Source: Schizochytrium sp. TIO01
Lineage: Eukaryota; Protista; Bigyra: Labyrinthulomycetes
Length of the DNA: 64,000 bases
Direction: 5' to 3'
Assembly (NCBI GenBank): GCA_004764695.1
Contig: SMSO01000034.1
Coordinates: forward strand, 1,178,001 to 1,242,000
Shown: positions 41,501 through 52,445 of the stretch, piece after piece
How positions within the stretch are numbered: position 1 is the first letter of the stretch
Layout: the number at the start of each line of letters is the position of its first letter
Notes under the pieces: generated by a model
What the model was told of the DNA's origin: nothing
Databases searched by the model: none
What the model saw: the letters and a program-made list of their open reading frames with translations, nothing else
Translations under genes and position numbers: made by a program

Positions 41501-44453
41501 GTAGCGCACATTTGGAAGGCTCTCCATTAAGCTCACAAAAAATTTGATGAGAAAATGTACCTACAGTTCGTGGTGTGAACCGAAAAGTTGCTGTTGCAGT
41601 AGACTTGGGTGCGATTTGAAGTTCTTTTCGCCCAGGAATGAGTACAGTCAGGCCATCTTCCATGGCTAAATTGGTCCACCTCAAGGTGATAAGAGTCTCT
41701 CCAGGGTTATGCACATCCGTTGAAAATTGTTGTTCTGTGTCTGCAGCCATAGGTAGCGTCATTTGTACAAGGTTTGTTGGGGTGAAGCTAACTATGGGAG
41801 ATTTACTTTCGCCTGCGAGAATCATTCGGCAACAAGGTACACTGCGTAAACCATCATCGTCTTCTCCACGGTTCTTGGTTGTCGACATTCTTTTTAACTG
41901 GCGCGCAGAAATCCCTTCCACTGCGGCAGGTGGAATATTGTCTATAATTAGCTGTGCTATAGCTCTATAATGTTTGGGGCGAGACGCGACTCCAGGGGCG
42001 AATGTCACGGTAAACTTCTGTTCTTGCAACGACTGAAGGACACCTGATTTAGGTAATATACTGAACTCTGGCATTGCGCGGGCTCTAGCATCACGAATGG
42101 CCCAATGGTAATCCAACGCAATTGGCGTGGGGTTTGTGTATGATAGTGTGTATGTTGTCGAACCCCCTACCGTAATCAATCCAAGATTAAGAGCTTGCGG
42201 AGGAGCTACAATCGGCCGATTTGCATCAAGGCTAATATCCCCAACTTTAGAAATTTGCACCTTGACCTGACAGCTTGCCGCTTGTATGGTGACTAACTGA
42301 ACCTGACAATTGTCACATACCATTACCAGATTTGCTGACATGAGCCCTGCTTCATCAGGGGAAAAGCTCACCTCAATCTTGGCTTCATCGCCTGAATCAA
42401 GTGAAAACCGCCTAGGCAAAACGTTAAAAAGCCCATTTTGAAGCTCCAGGTTGTCTTTACCATCATTGAGGGGATCGGTTTGCCCAGCGGCCCATTCTTC
42501 TTCTGATACCAAGTGAAAGCGCGCCGGGCCACCCTGGTTTCGAAACGTAAACTCACTTTTCAGATTTTTCCCCACAAAGCAAGAACCTGCATTCAAAACA
42601 CGGGCCAGTGTCAGTTTAGGCGGTGTACGCCTTGCCACTAACGCGATGCGAAACTTTTCCGTCTCAGTACATACTGTTACAAAGTCTCGATAGTCTGCCA
42701 ACGAATCTGAACAGAAAGAAATTCGGAGCAAGCAAGCCATTCCAGGAGCAACTACAGCAGCCCCCGAGGGAAAATCTGTAGAAACAATTGAGAAGAACTT
42801 GCTAGTTGGCGGTAGAAATCGGAGGCCTCGGGAAACTGGAGCGACGTTAACTACTTTGAGTATACACTCCATAGGTTCATTGACGTTGTAATTTGTAAAA
42901 AACGCAAATCCTGGTTCCACATTAAATGAAAAGGCAAGGCTTTTTGTTTTCTTGCTTGCCAGCGTTTTGTTTAAGATTTCATTCCCTGGAACTGTTAAAG
43001 TCACTACCTTCGACTGACGATCTTTGAGTGTACCTGGTGCACGTCGAGTAGACTCTGAGTGTGTGGAAGGTCTCTGTTGCGGATCTTCATCAATCTCGGG
43101 TCGAGGAGAAGTACCAGGCTCATTCAAAAATCCAATATCCCAAGATTGTTCGAGCTCTTCCACATCCTCTGCTGCAAAGGTTGGTGGCTCGGTCATATCT
43201 TTGTTTAGTAAAGAAGTTCGCCAGTCTCGCGTTGCCCTTGTTGTGAGGGTGAAACGAGGGTTTTTAAGAAAAGAAATTTGTTTCTTCATGCGAGCCAACA
43301 GCTCCAAATTGGATCGCATAGCCTCTGAACTCATTTTCTTACTTTCCTTTCCCTTTGACTTTTGTTCTTGCTCATCAGACTCTTGGTTTCCAGACGCCTC
43401 GGCCTCTGCCTTTGCCTTTTGCTTAGCTGCTTGCAGCTCTGCAACTTTGTGCCTTTCTTTTGGCATAAGATAATTCGGAGTCGATGGTCGAATTTTACAA
43501 GCCTTTTCTTCGCCACGAGTGACTTGGCCACGTTTGTATTGTTCATTTTCCTCGCTAGACGCAAGAAGGTTGTTGACATTAATCAAATGTGCACTTAAGC
43601 CTCCAAACGCACGCAATTTTTCATTGCTCACTGCATAAGAGCTAGGTCCTAAGGGGTATTCTGCCCCAATGAGAAGACCTTGATCATATATTTCTTGTGC
43701 AGCACGCTCGTCTTCTCCAATGGCCTTTTGACGTTCCTCCTCTAGATATGCTTCTAATGCATTTGCCTTTGCCAACTCGTCCTGCAAACGTTCATCAATT
43801 TCTTGAATCTCAGCATGAACTGCTTCCACGGGAATGCTTTCTAGATCCTCTAGATCGAACCCCAACGCGTCTTTACTAGGATTTTGACTTGAACTTTGCG
43901 CAGCTGCGTCTCTTCCTTCACTTACAGAATGTTTTGAACGATTAGTTTCCTGTCCTTCGATTGCATCAGCTTGGTTTTTACCTTCAGGTCCTTCATCGTC
44001 CTCAGAATTGAGTTTAGTTTCTTCACCATCCTCACTCGTAGCATCCTCGTTGTTGGCATTACTTTCTGTGTTTCCTTTTGCGTCTTCATCATCTTTATCT
44101 GCTTCTTCGGAAAGATTATCTTGGTCGTTAGCACCAATAGTCTCTGCAAGAATACTCTCAGACGCTTCATCATGTAGTTTCTCTTCAGTGGTGCTATTTT
44201 CGTCAGTGGAATCATCATAAAAGTCCTTAAAAGTCTTCTTCAGCACATGATCAAGAGCTCCGACTAAACCGGCAGCAGTGCTTTCTTGTTTCGAATCCTT
44301 TTTCTCGTCTTGATCATATTCCTCAGTGCCATCATGATTGTTGGCATCAGTGTCGCTTTCTTCTGCTTTCTGAACTAATTCCTCCTCTGTGCCTTCGTTA
44401 GCAAGGCTATGCTCATCATCATCTATACGTGCGCTCCCTGAGGTCTGTGACAT
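38571..44453 (-). CDS. DLEC1: DLEC1/FAP81-like flagellar central-apparatus protein with multiple ASH (Ig-like) domains
   Basis: FLKNPRF, RGLRFLPPTSKFFS, APGMAC..F..DSLADY.D, ARRTPPKL.L..GSCFVG, VCDNCQ, NNMPGRY and terminal GAGSYEE, with repeated ASH-like beta domains. First ATG at 44453. Confidence 0.85.
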   Translation of the reverse strand: MSQTSGSARIDDDEHSLANEGTEEELVQKAEESDTDANNHDGTEEYDQDEKKDSKQESTAAGLVGALDHVLKKTFKDFYDDSTDENSTTEEKLHDEASESILAETIGANDQDNLSEEADKDDEDAKGNTESNANNEDATSEDGEETKLNSEDDEGPEGKNQADAIEGQETNRSKHSVSEGRDAAAQSSSQNPSKDALGFDLEDLESIPVEAVHAEIQEIDERLQDELAKANALEAYLEEERQKAIGEDERAAQEIYDQGLLIGAEYPLGPSSYAVSNEKLRAFGGLSAHLINVNNLLASSEENEQYKRGQVTRGEEKACKIRPSTPNYLMPKERHKVAELQAAKQKAKAEAEASGNQESDEQEQKSKGKESKKMSSEAMRSNLELLARMKKQISFLKNPRFTLTTRATRDWRTSLLNKDMTEPPTFAAEDVEELEQSWDIGFLNEPGTSPRPEIDEDPQQRPSTHSESTRRAPGTLKDRQSKVVTLTVPGNEILNKTLASKKTKSLAFSFNVEPGFAFFTNYNVNEPMECILKVVNVAPVSRGLRFLPPTSKFFSIVSTDFPSGAAVVAPGMACLLRISFCSDSLADYRDFVTVCTETEKFRIALVARRTPPKLTLARVLNAGSCFVGKNLKSEFTFRNQGGPARFHLVSEEEWAAGQTDPLNDGKDNLELQNGLFNVLPRRFSLDSGDEAKIEVSFSPDEAGLMSANLVMVCDNCQVQLVTIQAASCQVKVQISKVGDISLDANRPIVAPPQALNLGLITVGGSTTYTLSYTNPTPIALDYHWAIRDARARAMPEFSILPKSGVLQSLQEQKFTVTFAPGVASRPKHYRAIAQLIIDNIPPAAVEGISARQLKRMSTTKNRGEDDDGLRSVPCCRMILAGESKSPIVSFTPTNLVQMTLPMAADTEQQFSTDVHNPGETLITLRWTNLAMEDGLTVLIPGRKELQIAPKSTATATFRFTPRTVGTFSHQIFCELNGEPSKCALHVKGEVLGPRVVLETREIDFGLLGVTKSSDASLVLRNLSKYASAHICMREMDTISTQDETKSQIKILNGAQITLAPNEVRQVDVSCLAGTLPERMRKILCMQVKHSAALYINVRAEIQSPKVFLRVSDTHNRCKIDLGTTYVTVPVVRTVQLVNLSNLCAPFRWVEVSSESNPKVPDDVFGEEESLTSRPYDVTFSSPKGVLEPKEVRTIEMTFNARKPGRVGTIFACEVEGMSVPLGFTLHSLVRGLVVAYSLVEDNVTAESMYPERPDSRGEEGGKASSSAQAGLSSDAANQNSSKLPVLDFGNGIELCKRKRLRLCIANHSAITTNYEIVVKAYGAKSVPRSLLHSRAGLGLKLKEPLTVAKLSSQHEEWQVYASHGGKQYIEDKIQAQEDRDVLAAGRGIAFLALPSSGVLKPWQAIIVDLYCFNNMPGRYRSELHCMINGLNPSVTPIKVGVIGSPLCLAANTVGLVKQNGETRLHFGHPLVGTEAVHKVIKITNNGPVAASVGWRVVAKREDNADLLETTFIFDEDGMSADENQRVKIKLKPHSDLSKAPPFVVEPHEQVIKPYGNGSFRVSFFPHETEENEDAAVIIADCDWADDSSGPVNEDGTVVSQITLESIATELLTVGSSATDARGESRLSTASRSISSAPAGATSRTPLRGFEKVHLAAHSAKPSLHLDRTLRGGNARAFLGFVAWSTRSIDHRSFFKTLTFTNSSPTTMSCVVRSEPPFFLHDVKATSATPVTLTGKDLARLEENVPPDAFAVGRKAGLPPGTTLALTIRFQPGQLVDKKAHDPNDVLRMTYKRVLDIYFHNGDHQAVDLEGTMVAPAVLLAPALFDFGDIHVETSARTVLYMANPTVVPAHWRVIHVPKTEGDAIDDPTCWSFDIEQGTLAGPTLPLSSAQAFMPQGFDSNGKRVPVSIHVCFSPSIQGFHESKFRFSVQNGLDFDVVLRGAGSYEEQHDYSVRRLPAPAY

Positions 44454-45154
44454 CGTTACTGCCCCACCTTCACCGAGCTCTTCCCAGGAGCAGCGATGGC
44501 CTTCTCGGGGAGCAAATCGCAACAAGCGATTTGTGCTGCCACCGTCCAAGGAGAACTTTGCTCGTTCTATGGAAACTAGTGCTTGCTGTTTGGTCTACTT
44601 TATTATTTCATGTACTGCACTTCCTGCTGCATTGGTACCTTTTTCTATAGGCGATAGCTGTAGCAACATCAGCATAATAATAATAGCCGTTACGAAGGGA
44701 CTTATTATGTATGTCTCCTTGAAGCTTTTTCAACTTAAAAATTGATTTAAAAAATGAATAAAGAATAATAATCCTAATAACAATAAAGAGTAGTGTAGAG
44801 AAAGAAACAGAGACGTAGAGACGTAGAGAAGTATAGAAGCAGAGAGCTTGTGTCCAGTTATTAAGTGTAGTTTACAATGTTGATAGCTATGCATTAAAAG
44901 AGAGCAAGATGGGAGGCACCAAGGTGCTGTGGAAAAACGACGACGTGGAAATTGAAAAAAGGAAGAAAAAAGGAGTATATTATTACAGAATGATTTTGAA
45001 TATAATCTCTGCTTTTCACACATTAGAAAGTTTACTAGCAACAAGTGGAGAGTTGTATAAGACTTGCTCTTAATATGCGGCTCATTTGCTTTAGTAGATA
45101 ATAATACACCTCGGTAGTCTTCAGCTGCTTACGAGAGAGATTAAGATAACTAAG

Positions 45155-47014
45155 TCATGAAAAATAGTATGAAGGAAGATCTTGGTCTTTGAAGTAAGTT
45201 TTTACTTCGTCTGGATTTGTAGTTTGCTTCTGTAAGAAACTGCGCGCACCAATAAGTGCCTCGCCCCAAAAAGTCACATTCCAAATTCCACCAAGCTCAC
45301 CATGGGCAACAAGTGGCGCAGAAATCATCTGTTTGTATAGTGTGTCATTTTCATCCAGTTGTTTGATCCGATCAATGCACGGTCGAAAGTATTTTTCAAG
45401 GTCCTTTTGAACCTTCAAATCAAACTCCATGTCGCACTCTGGAGTGCGTTTAGAGCACATCTTAGAAAATGCTGCATTCATCAACCTCTCGTTCGACACA
45501 TCCGCTGGTATATCGCAGTGTATATAAGCTTCAGGATTAAGCACTTGGCTCAACGAGCGTTTGTCAGGTCCGAAGTACACAGGAACAGATGCTGCCAGAT
45601 AAGAGTCAATGACTTTTTCTGTTATGTATCCGTCGCAAGGTCCATTCTCAAAGACAATTGCGAACTTGTGATCATGATGCATATCGACTGAAGAGTAGCC
45701 ATTATAATGATTTCGCAAATTGACACGGTCTGCAGATGACATTCCAAGCATTTCTGAGGCATTATCCTTTGGACACCTACCTAAGCCCGAGACTGGTTTT
45801 ACGAGTCTCGCAAGCTCAAAAGCAAAGGCTGTGCGAATGGCAGTTGTGTGGCGATACGTATGACAGTGTGATTGGATAAAGGAGGCAAAATGTTTTTTTC
45901 CGTGCAGGATTTGTTGAGGATCAAACAGCCCATGGCGAAATACGGCCTCTTCAACCCCACCATCCTTCGGGATGCAGCAACCGTGAGTAGACACCCAGGC
46001 GTGTTCCTTCTTGTCAGGCAGAAGCATTGGTACACGACGTCCAATCGAGATGAAGGCAGATGGAAAATAAAAACTGATACTTTTGGGTGCAAGATTCTCA
46101 CGTTTCGTATCAAGTTGGATCTGTACCCCATTAACAAATTGTGCCCATGGTTCAAAGCTCATACGGATATGAACTGGGCCAACGGGCTTCTTCGTCTTTG
46201 GGTCACCAATATACGAGATAGACTTAGGAATCTGAAAAATCTTCGCATCTGAAGTCCACATATTTTTTTCGTTGATGTCAACAGATAGTTCCATCATTGC
46301 CGCTTTCTTGATCCGAATTATTGTTTGCATAAGGCTAGTTTGTCCAAACCAGCAAAAACGAAAGTCAGCGTCGAGGCCTAGCATAAACCACATGTCTTCG
46401 TCTTTGATTTTGGGAAACTTTCTATACTCAAAATATTTCTCTTCAGGCATGGCAGAAAATAAGTGAATTTCTTCGTATAGATGTGTCAAACCCTTAGCGA
46501 ACTCTCGTGCCACCCAGTACGCTTCTGTATTAGGATAGTCAGACCTGAATGCATTTTCATAAGAGCAGTATGCCAGGGACACCTTAGACGCTGGGGGACC
46601 ATACCCGCGATAGACATCTACGTGTCTTCCCTGTACAGTGCTAGAACCTTTTGTCGGTTCGAATTTTCTTTTCAGTAGTGGAGGATGGTCACGGCGAGTC
46701 TCTGCCAAGCTCAAGTTCTCTTCTGAAGCAAATTCTCTCTCCAGTGAGTTTTCTGAGGGCTTCGAACTTTTGTCTTTCAACTCAAATGAAGGAACATCAA
46801 TCTCAATAGGCGATTCAGATGTGTCTCCATTGAGCAGCAGCAGCTCGGAGTGTGTGAGCGTTGCCACAATTGCACCAAAGAATGCCCCAACGATCAGGGC
46901 CAAAACAAACTGGCACGTCGAAAAGTGCCGCCAGCCTTGCTGTTGTTGTTGTATCTGGTGATGGTGTTGATGTTTCCCTTGGGCCGGCCGAGTACTACTC
47001 ATGAGCATGGCCAT
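45155..47014 (-). CDS. GT10 alpha-1,3/4-fucosyltransferase-like glycosyltransferase
   Basis: N-terminal TM anchor, KHFASFIQSHC and the GT10 motif HKFAIVFENGPCDGYITEKVIDSYLAASVPVYFG. Confidence 0.9.
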   Translation of the reverse strand: MAMLMSSTRPAQGKHQHHHQIQQQQQGWRHFSTCQFVLALIVGAFFGAIVATLTHSELLLLNGDTSESPIEIDVPSFELKDKSSKPSENSLEREFASEENLSLAETRRDHPPLLKRKFEPTKGSSTVQGRHVDVYRGYGPPASKVSLAYCSYENAFRSDYPNTEAYWVAREFAKGLTHLYEEIHLFSAMPEEKYFEYRKFPKIKDEDMWFMLGLDADFRFCWFGQTSLMQTIIRIKKAAMMELSVDINEKNMWTSDAKIFQIPKSISYIGDPKTKKPVGPVHIRMSFEPWAQFVNGVQIQLDTKRENLAPKSISFYFPSAFISIGRRVPMLLPDKKEHAWVSTHGCCIPKDGGVEEAVFRHGLFDPQQILHGKKHFASFIQSHCHTYRHTTAIRTAFAFELARLVKPVSGLGRCPKDNASEMLGMSSADRVNLRNHYNGYSSVDMHHDHKFAIVFENGPCDGYITEKVIDSYLAASVPVYFGPDKRSLSQVLNPEAYIHCDIPADVSNERLMNAAFSKMCSKRTPECDMEFDLKVQKDLEKYFRPCIDRIKQLDENDTLYKQMISAPLVAHGELGGIWNVTFWGEALIGARSFLQKQTTNPDEVKTYFKDQDLPSYYFS

Positions 47015-50000
47015 CGTGCAAAGCCGTGGCAGAATTGCTCTGGCACAAGGGACTCAACTTTCAATTGAGGTTTTGTTCAAACTTTATCTCGAGGATAGTA
47101 TCATTTCCACAAAATGTTAACATTCACTCTATAGTCAGTTAACTTTTGCGCGTTTTAACATGATGGAAGACTGCGACAGACAAAAGGAGTGAGGAATCAA
47201 CCTCACAATAGAAAACCGACTTATAAAAAGGGATGCTGTTTTGTTCAACGCTGCAAGGTACACATTCCTCGTTATGACGCCGGCGGAGGAAGAGAACCTC
47301 GCCGAGTGATCAAGGAAAATGAAGAATAAACTGGTGATCGACGGTCACTGCGTACGAACCATTCACTTGGCCATCAATACTCAAGCTCCAAAGCTTTCCT
47401 ATATACAAAGGAAGTCTGAGTGCGTTGGAGTTCGGAAATAAGGAGAAAAGAGTTTTTTAAAGATTAAAAAAGGGTATCACCTTGTTTGTAAGGTATGTAT
47501 GACTGACGGAGCTACTAAGTCCTGGTTGACTTTCTTTTCTTTTCCTATGATCGTCACCGTGATTCCAGCCTTTAAAATAAAAATAAAAATAAAGAACTGA
47601 TGATAAATTAACCAGAGACAGGCAAACCTTCGACTTATTAACTCTCCCTCCCTTTCGTAGTAGCGGAGTATTTCTTTGCTTTATTTCCAGTCACCTTGAA
47701 GACCCATACGTGACACTTTTGTGCCGAGGTATTTGAGGTCCGGGGCTCGTCCAAGTGGACTAAAGTGAACATAGCGCTCAGAATTTGGTTTCGCCTTGAA
47801 GATTAGTATTTTCTTTCAACATTATAGGGGCCTATACTGCAATTGTAGATATCACGAAAGGAATATCCTTTACCCAAATTCAACATATATTACGAGTGAA
47901 GGTCAGACTCGGCTACGAATTTGCTGCTAGAAGTACCTACTATGTTTGAGGGCCTAATTTGAAGGCGGAAGAAACGAAGTCTCTTAGTCGTACTTCGAGG
48001 CAGGCTTCCTGCCGACCACTCCTTCTTGTTGACGAACGACATCGCTTTTTCTTAACGCTTCTTCCTAATTTTATATTTAGAAAAGTTTACATACCGCACA
48101 GATTATCAAGACAGCTTTGAGCGGCACATAGCTCGTGGTTCACGGGTTATGATAGAAAGGTAGACAGCTACTTTTATTCAATGCGTTGTTGAATTATTAT
48201 AGGTGATTTTATACAACCTAGGTAAAGTGCATTCTGGAGGAGTTTCCGAAAACAGGAACTCGAGCTGACTTGATGATACATTTTTAAAATTAAACAAATA
48301 TATATAATATATATGGTAATTCATTGTGATATATATGTGTATATGCATTGGCTATATAAATATATATATTTACAATAATAAAAAAGAAGAGCCTTTTTAT
48401 TACTCAGGAATATGAAAAAGGCACCTCTTTCCTACCCAGCCTGTGGGCTCCGTATGACCACCGAATGAAGAGCTGCAACATGCCAAAATGTGGGATGGTA
48501 AACTGGCAGGCAACTTGGCGGTCCCAGGAATTCTGATCAGCTGGATGTCTTCACGCTAGCGCAGAACTCGAGGCTGGGAGATGATACTCCACACGACAGA
48601 AATTAATAAAAGTAGTTGGAAACCCTGTTTTTGTCCGAATTTCATTCTGAACAAAAGCTCAGTTATACAAACAAAAAATTCATGGATAGATGCACTGCGT
48701 GGAAGGAGAGAGTGGCAAAGAATCGTGGCAAAACATTCGGCGGATCTAACGCTTAGTGACGAAGAAATAAAGGCAATGGTTCAAAGAAAATTAACTGCCT
48801 CCCCATTTCGAATAGTATATGGATTGATTGTATTGTGAACAGTACAATACTTCATTATAGTGTTGACGTTTGGGTTTGCAACTACTTGATAGAGAACCCT
48901 GTGTAATAAAATTATGTCAAACTTTAAGTCATTGATCCGTGCGAATGAAGATTCTATGAAAATACTCCCTTGGTTGCAATTCTAGTCTACTACACCAATT
49001 CAAAGCTTGGACGTTTCGAAGGCACTTTATTTTTTCCAGAAACGATCAAATCATCGGAGATCCTCAAGGCTCCCAAAGAGTTGGATTTGCAAATTTTAAC
49101 CTTCAGGATGCTTTATAACTTTATTTGCAGTTTTTAACCAGGTACCTATAGTTAGGTAGCCAATTCTGGCACATCCTGTTCAGCATATGACCAGAAGTAC
49201 TGCCTTGAGCTTTTACCCAAGTCTAAGAATTGATAAAAGCAGTCGTTCTCAGGTGAAAGTATCATTTTACCTCTCTTTCAGGGTGCTATTCAAGCTTTCT
49301 GGAAGTGGAGACTGAATGAAAACACTCGGTATAGTTTTATGTTTTCTATTCACAGTTTCAATCGTTGGCGATTAATAAAGCTACCTCTCTGTGTGCTGGA
49401 CAGGAAACAAACCATCCTCATGGTAGGCTCGGTGATGCCCATGGACGTGGCGAAATTTATCGAGGGACCCCTCAGAGAGACAATGTTCTACTGCTGTCTG
49501 ACGGGGCCCGTAGGCATTCAAAAGACCTCCCGGCCTCGTTGATGAACGAAGAACAATGCTTTCATTCTCCCATATTTAATCAGTAATCCATTTTTAAAGT
49601 GCGCTGAGCTAAGCGCGAAGGCTCAAAATTCGAAGACATGCGACGTCTCTGGTCTCGAAATAGAATGATAAGAATTATCAAAAATATTAGGCACCCTAAA
49701 AGTTATTCCAATACGCTTATTGGGGATGCAGTAAAAAGTAAAAAAGCGCGCAACTTGAAGAAATTTCTTTCAGTAGTATGCTTTGTTCAGAAATAATATT
49801 GTAATGACTCAGTAAACCCTAGTACCTATCAGGTGTTAGGAACACCACAATGATGACTGTGAGAGTGGTTTTCTAGTGTCATCCATTTAATGTCGAGCAT
49901 TAGAATAAATTGCAAAATAGTCAATGAAATTATTTTCCATGTAAATTGACCCCTCCACTTCTATCAATACCTTTACCTGTTGCTTGTATCATAACCCAGA

Positions 50001-50738
50001 ACGGAAATATTCTTCAAGTCTTTCAATTTAAATACTACGTTTGAACTTACTTTTTAAAGAACAAATCGCTTAGTCTACATTTATGAAGTAGTTCTGAATA
50101 TCTCCTGGGCAGGGGAGATAAAGTGATAGCCAGTTATCGTATGCGTGTTTTGAAGGATCAGCACAGGAGAACTCCTTCCTAGGGCTCTGTACGTTTCATA
50201 CAGTACATGGAAGAGGGCGGCAAGGTGGGTGACGAAGGAGGAAACGCAGGAATTATATTTGAGGTGCACGAGTATCAGCACCGCACTGATCAGATGAAAC
50301 TGCGGCTTATACTATGCATTTGAAAGATATTTCACTTATGACTCCGATTACGACCCTGATTATTGAATTGTTTGATAGTTACGCTGAAGACGAGCTGAAG
50401 TTTACGACTCGCGAAAGCTATTCTCCAGAGGGATGTCGTATGCTAGCTGAAAGTGCGAAATGTATTGTGGTACTTATGTTGTTCTGATTGCATGGTAAAT
50501 CTTAGGAGACCAAAGGGTGGTGCTGACCCTCGAGCTAGTCTGTGCACGTCGGTGAATTCTGCATCAATGAACATTATTTGTGAAACGAGCAAGACTTGTT
50601 TAAAGTGAATTTACAACATTAAGAGTCATAAACGGAGTCAAATTGAGTGCAGGACTGATAGTATTTAAATAAAAAAAGAAGTATTAAAAAAAAGAGTGTG
50701 TGCTGTTGATGGATTTGGTATCATGCTACGGTTCTTCT

Positions 50739-50769
<31 letters not shown>

Positions 50770-51810
50770 CATTTCGGGATGGAGTTTATTGAGGTTCCTG
50801 TATGCCTATCTCAACGCAAATAGTTTAAAAAAAGAAAAAAGAAAAAAAGACAGAGTAAGCGGGCTTTTATTTCCCTACTGCCGTGGTATCTCATCTAGTG
50901 TAACAACACTCCTCCGATGTCCTTTTCGCCGGCTTTTCGTACATTTAAAACCTGCACATCTGGGAGAATACATTGTTTCGATTACTCATGGTCAATTTCC
51001 AGAACCTAACAATCTTGCCATTCCTTCTTGAAGGATCTATAATTTGCAACTGCAAACACTAGCAAGCAAACTGAACAATAACACGAACTTTAGGATTATA
51101 GTATTTCAATATTTCGTTCTGTTTGCTTTCTTTTTTTCTATTATCCCGAACAATAATAATTTTCACAAAATCAGTACACCATTTCCTCCCTTAAACTATG
51201 AATTTACAAGCAATGGTCGTCCCAGACCTGAGAGCGCAATGTCTGATTTTATTAGAAGACAGCTAAGAAATAGAATACATCAGTAAAATGTGTTCTAACC
51301 AAGATTTCTCTCGATCAATGAAGATGACATTACATGGGTTGTAGCATCGCAGGAACAGTGTCTTAATGTCTTCGTCTGAGTTCCCTTCTTTGCAGAGACC
51401 TGCGTTTCTCTATCTACTGCCTCCGCCACTTGTACAAGCCGTAGGCAACTTTAACGGTTTTCCTACTATAAGCCAGACAGTCTTTCACCCAACCACCGCC
51501 GTTGCAAGTGAGCTTTAGTCGTGCATACACGCTACCCGCCACTTTGTTCCATAGTACCAGCCTCGATAACTCATTTATCCAGTCGAATAAGTGAGTTATA
51601 GTTTAACTACCGCCACTTGAGATAATTTTCCTCTCTTCTCATAACACCAGTAGGCAGCACTACTACCAGTATCATGGGGCGAATTGATCAGGGGTAGTAT
51701 TGGCATAGGCCAAACAATAAGGACTACTATTGAGAAAGAAGACTGATGAAGTGATTGATTGATCGATCGATCGATAAAGAAAAATAAGGCTATCTATCAG
51801 TCAATGGAAG

Positions 51811-51972
51811 TCAGACATTGATCAGCTGCGGCGAGCAGACTTGGGCGAAGGCTTCGCGTGTCCGCGAGGTGAGAAACTCCTTGGGCGAGTTTTTGGAGAA
51901 CTTGGATAAGTCAATTGTTGCGGACTGGCTGGCCGCCGACTCACTCTCGGCGGCACCGGCGTCTTCATCCAT
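51811..51972 (-). CDS. Putative 53-aa small protein or first exon, divergent from the giant chromatin gene
   Basis: MDEDAGAAESESAASQSATIDLSKFSKNSPKEFLTSRTREAFAQVCSPQLINV, with GC3-rich codons in an AT-rich setting. Confidence 0.35.
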   Translation of the reverse strand: MDEDAGAAESESAASQSATIDLSKFSKNSPKEFLTSRTREAFAQVCSPQLINV

Positions 51973-52219
51973 CGATCTTTTGACTGATTGTTTGATTGAA
52001 TCGCTCACTCTCACTTGCTTATCCGGGCATCGGAACTGCAAGGTTCTGCAAAGGCGCGCACGCGACGGTTCACTCAGGGCTGTGCCTGTTTCTACTGCAT
52101 CCTGATCTAAAGTCGTTTCGGGTCGTCTCTGCGCAGACGGTCTGTCGATCTCCCTCCCGCTGTCTGAACGGCTGTGCGAGTTGACTTCAAGTTCGAGCCC
52201 AAGTTAGTTCAATCTCAAG

Positions 52220-52308
52220 TTTGAATTTCAAATTTGGATTTGAATTTAAATTTCGGATTTCGAACTCGAATTTAAATTCGATTGCGAATTTGAATTTGAA
52301 TTCGAATC
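52220..52308. promoter_or_regulatory. Degenerate (GAATTT)n hexamer tract with a 16-bp palindrome in the putative promoter
   Basis: TCGAATTTAAATTCGA at 52266-52281, about 140-230 bp upstream of ATG 52446. Function is inferred. Confidence 0.35.
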
Positions 52309-52445
52309 ATAAGGCCAACTCAAAATCAAAATCCAGATCTTTATTCGCTGACTTGAATCCGAATTCGGGTCCACATTTGACGGGCGCTTCAGGCCCAATC
52401 AGCCAACAGTCCTTCTACTCGCTCGCGCAAGTTCCGCAGGAAAAT

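Noticed and set aside
48121-48160. tRNA-like start GCGGCACATAGCTCGTGGTT
   Set aside because: No T-arm (GTTCGA) or matching acceptor stem follows.
51423-51620. CRISPR-like array
   Set aside because: The repeat is only 9 bp, spacing is irregular (113 and 74 bp), the context is eukaryotic and no cas genes are present.
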